Positions 9,884-20,497 of a stretch of DNA of 64,000 nt are shown here, one piece after another. The position numbers were made by a program, and so were the translations under genes. The notes below the pieces were generated by a model. The model searched no databases and was not told where the DNA came from. It worked only from the letters and a program-made list of their open reading frames with translations. Numbering within the stretch: the stretch's first letter is position 1; each line of letters begins with the position of its first letter. Location: contig URXV01000008.1 in assembly GCA_900551865.1 (NCBI GenBank), positions 1,415 to 65,414 of the forward strand, in the 5' to 3' direction. Origin of the DNA: an uncultured Rickettsiales bacterium (GTDB lineage: Bacteria > Pseudomonadota > Alphaproteobacteria > RF32 > CAG-239).

Positions 9884-10633
9884 ATGAAAAAGATTCTGTA
9901 TGTACTGCCGGTCGTCGGGTTGATGTTCCTTTCCGCCTGCGCTTCAACGGAAGATCCTGTCAATGACGAAGACAAAAGCGCGGAAACCCTGTATAACGAA
10001 GCTTATAACTATCTGAACAAAACCTCCTATCAGAAAGCCGCGGAAACGTTTGATAAGGTGGAAATGGAACACCCTTATTCCAAATGGGCGACCAAGTCCA
10101 AGCTGATGAGCGCGTATTCCTATTATAAGGACGAAAAATACGACGACGCCATTGCTGCGCTGGACCGTTATATCCGTCTGCACCCCGGCAACAAAGACGT
10201 TGCCTATGCTTTTTATCTCAAAGGCGTCTGCTATTATGACCAGATTGCGCCATCCCAAAAGGAACAGTCGGCGACCCGCGACGCGTACGAAACTTTTTCT
10301 CAGGTTATCGCAATGTTTCCGGACAGCGAATATGCTGCCGACGCCAAAGCCAAAATGGCACTGATAGAAGACCATCTTGCCGGGCACGAGATGAGCGTCG
10401 GGCGCTACTATCTGGAAAATAAGGAATATATTTCCGCACTGAACCGTTTTTCTACCGTAACCGACGTTTACCAGACCACCAGCCAGATAGAGGAAGCCCT
10501 GTATCGTGAAATAGAAATATATACAATCCTCGGTCTGGATGACGAGGCGGTAAAAAAAGAAGAAATCTTGCGTCGCAACTATCCTGACGGCAAATGGACG
10601 GCAATGGCGGCAAAGTTAATCACAAAGGACTGA
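9884..10633 (+). CDS. bamD: Outer membrane protein assembly factor BamD (YfiO-like lipoprotein)
   Basis: Lipobox FLSAC, then TPR-like helical repeats (AETLYNEAYNYLNKTSYQKAAETFDKVEMEHPYSKWA...). Position between lpxC and recN matches my recollection of alphaproteobacterial gene order. Confidence 0.85.
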   Translation: MKKILYVLPVVGLMFLSACASTEDPVNDEDKSAETLYNEAYNYLNKTSYQKAAETFDKVEMEHPYSKWATKSKLMSAYSYYKDEKYDDAIAALDRYIRLHPGNKDVAYAFYLKGVCYYDQIAPSQKEQSATRDAYETFSQVIAMFPDSEYAADAKAKMALIEDHLAGHEMSVGRYYLENKEYISALNRFSTVTDVYQTTSQIEEALYREIEIYTILGLDDEAVKKEEILRRNYPDGKWTAMAAKLITKD

Positions 10634-10642
10634 TTTTCGCTG

Positions 10643-12325
10643 ATGCTCAAAGCCCTATCCATAAGAAACGTCGTCTTGATAGACAGTCTGGACATAGATT
10701 TTTCCGGCGGTCTGACGGTTTTGAGCGGCGAAACCGGCGCCGGCAAGTCCATTCTGCTGGATTCGCTGGGACTTTTGCTGGGCAGCCGTTCCGAGTCGTC
10801 GCTTGTGCGAACCGGGGCGGACAAGCTGTCCGTAACCGGCGTTTTTGAAGTCCGCCCGGACAATAAAATTTATGACATTGCCGCGGAATATGACTTGGAG
10901 ATGGACGGCGACATTATCATCAAACGGACGATTTCCGCTGACGGGCGCGGTAAAATACTTTTCAATGACCAGATAATCACCTTAAAGCTGTTGCGGGAAT
11001 TAAGCCGCTGCCTGATAGAAATTCACGGTCAGCACGATAATCAGGGGTTGCTGAATCCTGCGACCCATTGCGATATTCTGGACAGCTGCGGCAGCTGCGA
11101 AAAAGAGCTTGCCGCCGCCGGAGAGGCTTTTTCCGCTTATAAAACCGCCGCCGCCGCGCTTCGCAGCCGGGAAGAAGCCCTCAACAAGGCGAAAGAGGAT
11201 GAAGAAAACCTGAAACACTGGGTGCAGGAACTAAATCGGCTCGCCCCGAAGAAAGGCGAGGAAGAAACCCTGCGCGCCCGTCGCAGCGAACTGATGAATG
11301 CCGAAAAGATAATAGAAAAGCTGAACGCCGCCTATGCGTATTTAAATGGCAGCAGCTCCGTATTGGACAGTATAGCCAAAGCGCAGAACGCCATTTCCCG
11401 CGTCAACGAAATTGTAAATAACAAATACGCTGATATTGAGCAGAATCTGGAAACGGCGCTTTACAGCCTCAACGACGCGGTAGAGCGCATAGAAGCCGGT
11501 TCGGCGGACGTTTCGCTGAACCAGAATGAGATTGACGATATAGAAACGCGGCTGTTTGCGTTGCGCAGCGTCGCCAAAAAGCACCGGACGGAAATAGATA
11601 TGCTGCCTGAAAAGCAGGAAGAATTATCTGCCGCCCTGCAAAATCTGCAAAACGGTGAGGACAGCCTGCGCGAATTGCAGGAAAAAGTCAGATGCCTGCG
11701 CGAAGCCTATATGACCGCGGCGTCAAAGTTGAGCGAAAAGCGCGTTAAAACCGCTGCCAGACTGGATAAGAGCATTATGCGCGAACTTCCGCCGCTGAAA
11801 ATGGAAAAAGCCGTTTTCAGAACTTCCGTAACTCCCAAAGAAGAAAGCCAGTGGTCGGAAAAAGGCTGGGATTCCGTTTGTTTTGAGGTGTCAACCAACC
11901 CCAATACTCCGATGGGCGCGTTGAATAAGATAGCTTCCGGCGGTGAACTGTCGCGTTTTATGCTGGCGTTAAAGGTAAACCTTGCGCAGACTTCCAGTCA
12001 GGAAACGCTGATTTTTGACGAGATAGATACCGGTATCGGCGGCGCTACGGCAGAGGCGGTAGGCGAGCGTCTGGCGCGTCTGGCAGAAAAGGTGCAGGTT
12101 ATGGTCGTAACCCATTCTCCGCAGGTTGCCGCGTTCGGCAGTGAACATTTTAAGGTGGAAAAAACGACTCAAAATGACGTTACGACGACCGGGCTGGAAA
12201 AATTGACCGCCGCAGGCAAGGTGGAAGAAATCGCCCGCATGCTTGCCGGAGAAAAGATTACCAAAGAGGCGCGCGCCGCGGCCCACGTTTTGTTAAATAA
12301 AGATAAAAATCCGGTATTGTTTTAA
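10643..12325 (+). CDS. recN: DNA repair protein RecN
   Basis: N-terminal Walker A (LSGETGAGKSILLDSL), long central coiled coil, C-terminal signature SGGELSRFMLALK and Walker B LIFDEIDTGIGG. Confidence 0.95.
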   Translation: MLKALSIRNVVLIDSLDIDFSGGLTVLSGETGAGKSILLDSLGLLLGSRSESSLVRTGADKLSVTGVFEVRPDNKIYDIAAEYDLEMDGDIIIKRTISADGRGKILFNDQIITLKLLRELSRCLIEIHGQHDNQGLLNPATHCDILDSCGSCEKELAAAGEAFSAYKTAAAALRSREEALNKAKEDEENLKHWVQELNRLAPKKGEEETLRARRSELMNAEKIIEKLNAAYAYLNGSSSVLDSIAKAQNAISRVNEIVNNKYADIEQNLETALYSLNDAVERIEAGSADVSLNQNEIDDIETRLFALRSVAKKHRTEIDMLPEKQEELSAALQNLQNGEDSLRELQEKVRCLREAYMTAASKLSEKRVKTAARLDKSIMRELPPLKMEKAVFRTSVTPKEESQWSEKGWDSVCFEVSTNPNTPMGALNKIASGGELSRFMLALKVNLAQTSSQETLIFDEIDTGIGGATAEAVGERLARLAEKVQVMVVTHSPQVAAFGSEHFKVEKTTQNDVTTTGLEKLTAAGKVEEIARMLAGEKITKEARAAAHVLLNKDKNPVLF

Positions 12326-12522
12326 TCGGTTTCAGCCCTTTCCATTATACTTTGCTGAGCTTACCCTGTTGCATTTTGCTTGTGTAGTCTTGACTATTCC
12401 AAATATCGCTATATGCATATCCAACACTGCATCGGAGCATTTATATTATAATTTTCACTGCTTCCGATGTAGCCGCTTCTTTTCTGTTGAATAACAAAAT
12501 TATAGTTCTGGCTGTCTGATGC

Positions 12523-13476
12523 CTATAACTTCCCCTGTCTTCGTTTTAAGCGCGACAGTTTATAGCTGACAACGGACGTATCTCTTCCTGTTTTGGCCAG
12601 CCGGTCGTACATGCGCTCAATTTCCTTTTCCAGATATGCGGTTTCAATCTCATTGTTTAAGGCTGCTTTTTCTTCAGCATTGCCCAGCCCCCGGATGCCG
12701 CAAACTTCCCGTATAATATCCACGACTTCCTTGCCGGAGTCTTGCCGGCGCCGGATAAAATACGGCAGCTCATAAACCAACTGGCGCGTATTGTCATAAA
12801 CTTTGTCGCCATCGCAGCATTTGTCGTATTTGTTTTTCAGCAGGCTGAACGCGACTTCCAGCTCAAAGTCATTGTCAACAACGACAAACGGTACCGGGTC
12901 GGAAAAGCCCTTGTTGGAAATAGACTTGAGAAATTCAAGCAAATGATGGAAAAAACCGCTGATGTTGTAGAGGATAAACGGCTTCCTCTGCAACAATCCG
13001 TCTTGCATGGCCACGCAGTCGTACGCCAGCTCGTCCAATGTTCCGACTCCGCCCGGCGCAAATACGACAAAATCAGCGTTCAGCAGCCTTTGCTTGCGCT
13101 CTTCCAGTGTCTTGGCAAAAATAACATTTATGTGTTTCAGCATAATGTCGTCTGAATCGTAAAGCTTGTAATATTCTTCAGTTGTGATACCCTGAATGGG
13201 AAATTCAGGTGCCGGACAATGTTGTTTTTCATTCCACGCATCCATCACGCCGCGGGCTACTGCTCCCATAATGCCCGAATTGGATAAGCCAAAATCAAGT
13301 TTAAATCCCATCTCGACAATTTTTTTGCCCAGAGTGTACGCTTCCTTGACATAAACCGGATTATGGCCGCCGCGCGAACCCCCGGCAACAAAAACCCTGA
13401 TACCGTCTTTCTCGTTTTCTTTAATAAATGCAGAAAGCAGTTCTTCGCTGTTGCTGCAGTCTCTCTTTGTCGTCAT
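12523..13476 (-). CDS. LOG-family (TIGR00730-like) nucleotide phosphoribohydrolase with C-terminal extension
   Basis: PGGVGTLDEL motif and Rossmann-like N-terminus (IRVFVAGGSRGG). I chose ATG 13476 (MTTKRD...) because it is preceded by GGAG (aagagaggagacggcgcaATG). The longer track ORF runs to 13542. Confidence 0.75.
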   Translation of the reverse strand: MTTKRDCSNSEELLSAFIKENEKDGIRVFVAGGSRGGHNPVYVKEAYTLGKKIVEMGFKLDFGLSNSGIMGAVARGVMDAWNEKQHCPAPEFPIQGITTEEYYKLYDSDDIMLKHINVIFAKTLEERKQRLLNADFVVFAPGGVGTLDELAYDCVAMQDGLLQRKPFILYNISGFFHHLLEFLKSISNKGFSDPVPFVVVDNDFELEVAFSLLKNKYDKCCDGDKVYDNTRQLVYELPYFIRRRQDSGKEVVDIIREVCGIRGLGNAEEKAALNNEIETAYLEKEIERMYDRLAKTGRDTSVVSYKLSRLKRRQGKL

Positions 13477-13559
13477 TGCGCCGTCTCCTCTCTTAAAAAT
13501 TTTGCCACCCTGAAAATTCTGCCGTTTGCCGTCCGGTGTCAATTCGGATTCGCACCCGT

Positions 13560-14717
<1,158 letters not shown>

Positions 14718-14729
14718 TTATCAGCTTTA

Positions 14730-15878
14730 TTATTCTTTATAAATCTTGCTCCATAAAGGGATTTCATTGCCGATTCCCCGCGCCAGTTTATCCGCTTCGA
14801 TAAAAGCCATTTCGCCGCTGTCAAACATAACTCGGTACCATTTTTTATCGGCGGTGTATCCGGTAAGCCGGACTGTTGTTCCCCGTTCAACGGTTGCAAA
14901 AACGTCAAAACTCCTGTCAGCCCCGTGCATCGCCTGCGTCGTATCCGTAACATGGTATAGCTGCAGTTTGTCATGTACGTCAACCGGAATGTCAAAAATC
15001 TTTGCAACGGCAACATCGCTGAAAATTTTCTGTCCGTTTTTGAAAATAACGACTTCCTTGACGTTGACCTTATTTTTGTTTTCAGCCTCTATTTTGCCGA
15101 GAAACAGTCCGCCGGCGATAAGAAACAATATTACCAGCAACATAAACGGATAAAAAAGCTGTATTCTTTTCAGCTTTCCGAAATTCCATTTTTTAACGCC
15201 GAGCGGCGCATAACTGCTTAATGACTGCTGATATTCGCTGATAAAAGGCAATTCGTCTTTGTCGGCATATTCCCTTGCTAGGGCGGCAAGCGTCGCCGCT
15301 TCCTCTTTCTTTCCCTCGGCGTTATAAGCCAAAGCGTTATGCAGCAAAAGGTTCAGGTTTTCTTTTCTGGCGTTGATACGGCTGATATTCTGGATAATTG
15401 CGGCGATATTTACAAAAAAAGCGCTGATTCCCCAGAAACCGTAAAGCCAGTTATGTCGGGTAATTCTGCCAATAACTCCTGCCGCTTCATAAAGGCTGCA
15501 ATAATAAATTTTATCAATTTTATTGTGTCCGAGTCCTTTTCCCGTTACTTCCGTCAGATGAAAAGCCCGCATATTCAAATCTTCCTGTCCGTGCATGTTT
15601 CGAAGGACGAGAAGGGCGCTCATATCAGGAAAGTTTTCCTTGTCGTAAATTATTGACAGGAGAATATAAGCCAGCCTTGTTTGGGGTTCTTTGAGAACGT
15701 CATATGCAGCGGAGATTTTTTGGAACATATCAACGGCATCAGGAGAGTTATTATGGTCTGGATGCCAGAATTTAGCCATATCCCGGTATTTTTGCCGCAG
15801 TTCTTCTTCTGGTGTTTCCGGAGAAACTCCCAAAACTTTATAATAGTCCAAACTGTCGTATTTAATTTCTTTCCCCAT
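14730..15878 (-). CDS. J-domain membrane protein with C-terminal SH3b-like domain
   Basis: J domain DYYKVLGVSPETPEEELRQKYRDMAKFWHPDHN with the HPD motif. Hydrophobic helices WLYGFWGISAFFVNIAAII and LFYPFMLLVILFLIAGGLFLG. C-terminal SH3b-like segment TVRLTGYTADKKWYRVMFDSGEMAFIEADKL. Start set to ATG 15878, which has an AGGAG 7 nt upstream. The track start at 15908 would overlap the upstream gene. Confidence 0.75.
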   Translation of the reverse strand: MGKEIKYDSLDYYKVLGVSPETPEEELRQKYRDMAKFWHPDHNNSPDAVDMFQKISAAYDVLKEPQTRLAYILLSIIYDKENFPDMSALLVLRNMHGQEDLNMRAFHLTEVTGKGLGHNKIDKIYYCSLYEAAGVIGRITRHNWLYGFWGISAFFVNIAAIIQNISRINARKENLNLLLHNALAYNAEGKKEEAATLAALAREYADKDELPFISEYQQSLSSYAPLGVKKWNFGKLKRIQLFYPFMLLVILFLIAGGLFLGKIEAENKNKVNVKEVVIFKNGQKIFSDVAVAKIFDIPVDVHDKLQLYHVTDTTQAMHGADRSFDVFATVERGTTVRLTGYTADKKWYRVMFDSGEMAFIEADKLARGIGNEIPLWSKIYKE

Positions 15879-15879
15879 G

Positions 15880-16716
15880 TTAAATCTCCTGACCAAGCTT
15901 TTTTGCAATATTGCAAATATCCAAAGCTGCCTCGGAAGTCGGGTAACGGGAAAGCAGAAGTTCTTTGTTTCTTATCGTATCCCGGATTCTCGTGTCAATT
16001 CTGACAATACCGAGCAAATCAGGACATTTCAACCCGTTTCGATCGGCGGCTTTGTTTAGCTCCTCATAAATTTTATATCCGTCTTCAAAAGAATTTACTT
16101 TGTTAATTATTAAATTATAATTAGCATCAATTTTCGTTTCATTCATAAATTTAATCAAATCAAACGTTTTAATCAGGTCGACGCTGTTTTCCGAACACAT
16201 AATCAGAATATTGTCGGCAATTTGGCATAAACTCAGGTTTTTGTCTGTCAGTTCAGTGCCGAGGTCGATAATCGTATGGTCATAATTTTCTGCCAGAATT
16301 TGCAAATCCTCGGCCATAATCTGAACCCGCCCCAGAGGTAGTTCCGCCAGATAATTGTTTCCTTGTTCGGCCGTCAGAATATGAAAATTTTTATTTTTGT
16401 ATGGCACCGTCAATTGGTTTAATGTTTTCTTTCCTTTAATATAATCTTCTAGGAAAGACGTATTTTGCAAAATAAGATAAGAGCTTATATTGGAAAAATT
16501 ACCATTGCCGTCAACCAGTAAGACACGCTTTTTTTCTGCATTCAAAGCGTGGGCAATGCTTAAAGCGCACCATGAAGTTCCGATTCGTTCGGCTCCCGAT
16601 ATCAGCACGGATAAGTTTCTGGGCGTTTCATGCTTCAAAAACAGATTGCTGTAAATTAAATCCCGGCTTTTATTCAAAATAACACCTGTAATAACCTGGT
16701 TTGGCAATAAAGACAC
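15880..16716 (-). CDS. ParA/MinD-fold protein with degenerate Walker A (probably non-catalytic)
   Basis: Overall MinD/ParA layout: P-loop position followed by ALSIAHALNAEKKRVLLVDGN, then a Walker B-like HTIIDLG. The P-loop itself reads GAERIGTS (16573-16596) instead of KGGxGK[ST]. Confidence 0.65.
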   Translation of the reverse strand: MSLLPNQVITGVILNKSRDLIYSNLFLKHETPRNLSVLISGAERIGTSWCALSIAHALNAEKKRVLLVDGNGNFSNISSYLILQNTSFLEDYIKGKKTLNQLTVPYKNKNFHILTAEQGNNYLAELPLGRVQIMAEDLQILAENYDHTIIDLGTELTDKNLSLCQIADNILIMCSENSVDLIKTFDLIKFMNETKIDANYNLIINKVNSFEDGYKIYEELNKAADRNGLKCPDLLGIVRIDTRIRDTIRNKELLLSRYPTSEAALDICNIAKKLGQEI

Positions 16717-16808
16717 ATCTCCGAAACAATGGGAGATAAATCATTTTTTAACATAATAACATTATACTTGTAAACATTCAAAGATTCTTTTTTTACTCAG
16801 GGGGAATT

Positions 16809-17813
16809 ATGAAAATAATCAGATTACTGGTATTATCTCTGTTATGTGTTTTTTGTGGTCAGGTACAGGCGGCTGACAACATTATTACCATGTTTGGCAA
16901 AGATTTAAACGGTTATAATCAGCCGCGATACTATAAGAGCAGTACGAGATATGACTGGCTGGACCGTTTTGATATTGTCGCTATTTCTGATCCGGATAAT
17001 TTTCCCTGGTCATCGGCAGAACAAGGGTCTGTCTTTGTAAAAATTTTTGAAGATTTGGCTCAAAAGGAACATATTGTAGTTGTTTTCTATTATCCGGGTG
17101 AGGGGTATGAACAAAGCGTCGACGATTTTGAAAAAGGCAAAGTAAAGTTTATGACTAAAACAAACGCCATTTTTGGAACATATTATGAAAACATTCCGTA
17201 CTCAAAAAATGAATATATCTATCCGGCTTTTTTTGAAAATAATGTTCATATTATCACATCTGCCCGCAATAACATTGCTGTTAAAACCAAAGAAGATCTC
17301 AAAAATTTCAAAGGGGTATATTCGACAGACGATCGCTTTTCCAGTTTCGTTCTTAAAGATTTTAAGTCTTTGGGAATTAAAGAAGCAAAAGATTATCCTG
17401 AAGCTTACAGGCAGCTGTTAAGCGGAGAAGCCGACTATGTCGTGGGAACTTATTATCCCAGCCAGATAGAGCTGTATAAGCTTGGAATTCGTGATTATGT
17501 TGTTTACAGCAAAGCGCCTGTCTGGAAAATGCCGATGTTTATCCGGGCAATGCCGGGGCTGGCGGAGCATCCGCGTATGGAATATTTGAAAAAATATTTG
17601 CGCAGTTCAAGGTATAAACAGGTTCGTGATGAAGCATTGCAGGAACTTTTAGATATTTACAGGGAAAACACCAAGGGTATTGTCCCGCCGACATATGTAA
17701 ATACGGCTCCGGATAAGCCGGAACCGGCAGAAGACACTCCTGCTGTCGGAAAAAATACGGACACTCTGATACCGGATTCGGCCATGCCGCTGTCTATAAA
17801 TGAGAAAAAGTAA
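16809..17813 (+). CDS. Secreted protein, possibly periplasmic substrate-binding (SBP family 3-like) fold
   Basis: Signal peptide MKIIRLLVLSLLCVFCGQVQAA. The central region resembles solute-binding proteins (LKNFKGVYSTDDRFSSFVLKD...AYRQLLSGEADYVVG). The assignment is tentative. Confidence 0.45.
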   Translation: MKIIRLLVLSLLCVFCGQVQAADNIITMFGKDLNGYNQPRYYKSSTRYDWLDRFDIVAISDPDNFPWSSAEQGSVFVKIFEDLAQKEHIVVVFYYPGEGYEQSVDDFEKGKVKFMTKTNAIFGTYYENIPYSKNEYIYPAFFENNVHIITSARNNIAVKTKEDLKNFKGVYSTDDRFSSFVLKDFKSLGIKEAKDYPEAYRQLLSGEADYVVGTYYPSQIELYKLGIRDYVVYSKAPVWKMPMFIRAMPGLAEHPRMEYLKKYLRSSRYKQVRDEALQELLDIYRENTKGIVPPTYVNTAPDKPEPAEDTPAVGKNTDTLIPDSAMPLSINEKK

Positions 17814-17878
17814 TAAATGCTTGAAAAAAATAAATTTAGATTATAATATGCCTCGTATCGTTTAGGAGAAAAACAACC

Positions 17879-18544
17879 ATGGTTCTTTTAGTTCACCACA
17901 GCATCTCGCCGCAATCTCGCAAAGTTCGCCTGATTATGGCAGAAAAGAAAATGCTTTTTGTATTAAAAGAAGAAGAACCATGGAAACTTTCACAGGACAT
18001 ATTAGATATAAATCCTTCGGGAGATTTGCCCGTGTTGGTTTTTGACGGTAAGGTTGTTGCCGGAAATTATGCCGTAACCGAATATTTGGAAGAAAGCAAT
18101 CCCCAGTATAAGCTGCTTCCTGAAGAGCCGGTTGCCCGGGCAGAAGTGCGCAGGATTATGGATTGGTTTGACACAAAATTTTTTAACGAAGTCTATAAAT
18201 ATATTGTTGCAGAAAAAATTATAAAACGGTTTCAGTTGAAACAGGCACCAAACTCCAAAATTTTAAAAGCCGGATTGAATAATTTGAAATTTCATATGGA
18301 ATATATAGATTATCTGGCCGACCGAAACAATTACCTTGCCGGGAAAAACCTGACATTGGCCGATTTGACCGTAGCGGCGCACTTGTCAATCATAGACTAT
18401 TTAGGCGATATTCCGTGGAATGATTATAAAAATGCCAAATTATGGTACGCAAAAATAAAATCGCGTCCGAGTTTTAAAGATATTTTGAAAGACAATATCC
18501 GCGGCATATCTCCGTCAGCGAACTATTCAAATCTGGATTTTTGA
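17879..18544 (+). CDS. Glutathione S-transferase family protein
   Basis: Thioredoxin-like N-domain (HHSISPQSRKVRLIMAEK, LPVLVFDGKVVAGNYAVTEYLEE) and helical C-domain (LTLADLTVAAHLS, WYAKIKSRPSF). Confidence 0.8.
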   Translation: MVLLVHHSISPQSRKVRLIMAEKKMLFVLKEEEPWKLSQDILDINPSGDLPVLVFDGKVVAGNYAVTEYLEESNPQYKLLPEEPVARAEVRRIMDWFDTKFFNEVYKYIVAEKIIKRFQLKQAPNSKILKAGLNNLKFHMEYIDYLADRNNYLAGKNLTLADLTVAAHLSIIDYLGDIPWNDYKNAKLWYAKIKSRPSFKDILKDNIRGISPSANYSNLDF

Positions 18545-18545
18545 A

Positions 18546-19001
18546 ATGAGAAAGCTCAGTTTGACATTGTTGGTTCTTCTGCTGGCCGCTTGTGGCAGTA
18601 CGACAAGGGGGCAGGTTGTGTTCCACTGGGATCGCTATAATACCGGCGGGCTTAAATTTGCCCGGGATCATTCCGAATGTATGCGGGAAGCGGAAGCCTT
18701 CAAGCTCTTACCGAATTTTAAAAGCTGGTTTTATACGGAAGAACAGAGATACAATATTGTTGTAAAATGGCATAAAGAACATGGAATTTGGGCAAGCTTT
18801 GTTCCGTATCCGGGAGCAATGCCGGTGATGGTCAATTCCGTTCGGGATGATACGGACGCCAGCCCTCGTAAATATCAGAAATGTATGTTGCGCAAAGGAT
18901 ATGTCGAACGGACGACCGATATTCCGGAGGCCAGCAACTTATTTGTTTATAAGCCTCAAAGCGTAAATCAGGATGCTCCGTTGGACAGTACCTATCCGTA
19001 A
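18546..19001 (+). CDS. Hypothetical lipoprotein
   Basis: Lipobox LLLAAC after a short basic N-terminus. The ATG lies 1 nt after the GST stop. Confidence 0.6.
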   Translation: MRKLSLTLLVLLLAACGSTTRGQVVFHWDRYNTGGLKFARDHSECMREAEAFKLLPNFKSWFYTEEQRYNIVVKWHKEHGIWASFVPYPGAMPVMVNSVRDDTDASPRKYQKCMLRKGYVERTTDIPEASNLFVYKPQSVNQDAPLDSTYP

Positions 19002-19087
19002 TAATATAACAGTGTTTTGGCAAAAACCGTATAAAAAGTTTGCAGGTGGTTGTAAATCCAGGTCTGATGGAGAGGCTGCCGCGAAGA

Positions 19088-20497
19088 TTAATAGCATGTT
19101 TCTAAATTATATCCTCCGCCGGTGGCTTTATAAAATGCCGTAATATATTGCAAAATTTCGGCATTGCTGGCAGCTAATGCGGTTTGTGCATTCAAAAGGT
19201 TCTGTTCGGCGGTGGCAACGTCGGTAAAATCAACCAGTCCGTTTTCGTATTTTTCACGGGTAAGATTCATAACGTTGCGCATTTTATAATACGAATTTTT
19301 ACGGTAAGCATTTGTTTTATACGCCTGTTCTGTTGCTGTAATGGCATTTTTGATTTCCGAAACGGCTGTAAGCATGGCTTCGTTATAATTTAAGATATAT
19401 TCTTCTTTAATATGTTTTTGCAGTTCTATATTGTTTGTCAACTGTCCCCAGTGCCAGATTGGCAGACTTAATCCCGGAGTATAACCGTAAACCTGGCTGT
19501 CTTTATTGAAAAGGGAATTGCCGCTTGAAGAAATAAAGCCAAAAGTTGCGCTGAGGCTGACAGTTGGGTACAAGTTTGTTATGGCTTCGCTGACAACTGC
19601 ATTTTGCGCCCGGATAGTCGCCTCGGAGGCCATAATGTCAGGACGGGAGCGGATAATGCTGAGCGGCAGGTCATATAGCTTTTTGGTGTTATAATTAAAA
19701 GTCGTTGCCGTGATGTTTTTCTTATATTTGTCAAGATTTATCGGCAGATTGCTGGGAAGAACACCCAATAAAACGGCAATAGCGTTTTTATAGCTTTCAA
19801 TTTGCTGTTTTAATGGCGGAATACTGGATTTTGTCGTTTCTACGGCATATTCAGCCTGATTTAGAGCCAGTTCGTCGGCAATTCCTGCTGTATATTTATC
19901 TCGGACAGTTTGCAGAATATCTTGTTGTAATGCCAGATTCTTTTGTGCAATAAACAGTTTTTCCTGAGCTTCCCGCAGTCCGATGTAATTGCCGGTAACC
20001 TCTGCGGTAATGGAAACTTTTAAATCTAGCAGAGTATACTGGTAATTATGCATAAGCTCATAATATTGTTCGGTAATATATTTCCCTTTTCCCCAGATAT
20101 CCAGTTCCCAGGAAGCGTCCAATCCGACTTTAAAGGCATTTATGTCATACGAATAATCCTGATTGTCACTGGCCTTGCTGAAATTATATTCACCGTTTGC
20201 ATCAATCATGGGGTAATTGGTTTTGGCATTAATCATCAGGGAGTAGCGGGATTGTTGCAGGCGCTCTATTCCCTGCCGTATCGTGAAGTTATTATTTAAA
20301 GCGTGATTAATCAGTGTATTTAAATCACTGTCTTTAAAAATCTCATACCAGGCAGAACTGACAGAATTTCCGTTTTTTTTCAGATTCAGATTTTTTTGAA
20401 CATCATACGGTGTAACAATTTCCGTATGGTGGTATTCTTCGCCGACATGGCAGGCTCCCAGCAAAACCGATAATAACAAAACGGGATATTTACGCAT
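19088..20497 (-). CDS. RND efflux outer-membrane factor lipoprotein (NodT/OprM family)
   Basis: Lipobox LLGAC, two OEP-type repeats, and C-terminal ATGGGY. Overlaps the RND pump stop by 8 nt. Confidence 0.85.
   Translation of the reverse strand: MRKYPVLLLSVLLGACHVGEEYHHTEIVTPYDVQKNLNLKKNGNSVSSAWYEIFKDSDLNTLINHALNNNFTIRQGIERLQQSRYSLMINAKTNYPMIDANGEYNFSKASDNQDYSYDINAFKVGLDASWELDIWGKGKYITEQYYELMHNYQYTLLDLKVSITAEVTGNYIGLREAQEKLFIAQKNLALQQDILQTVRDKYTAGIADELALNQAEYAVETTKSSIPPLKQQIESYKNAIAVLLGVLPSNLPINLDKYKKNITATTFNYNTKKLYDLPLSIIRSRPDIMASEATIRAQNAVVSEAITNLYPTVSLSATFGFISSSGNSLFNKDSQVYGYTPGLSLPIWHWGQLTNNIELQKHIKEEYILNYNEAMLTAVSEIKNAITATEQAYKTNAYRKNSYYKMRNVMNLTREKYENGLVDFTDVATAEQNLLNAQTALAASNAEILQYITAFYKATGGGYNLETCY

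Noticed and set aside
9420-9947. 175-aa minus-strand ORF, and other antisense ORFs inside lpxC
   Set aside because: They are antisense to lpxC and the bamD start. They are Arg/Pro/Ser-rich shadow frames.
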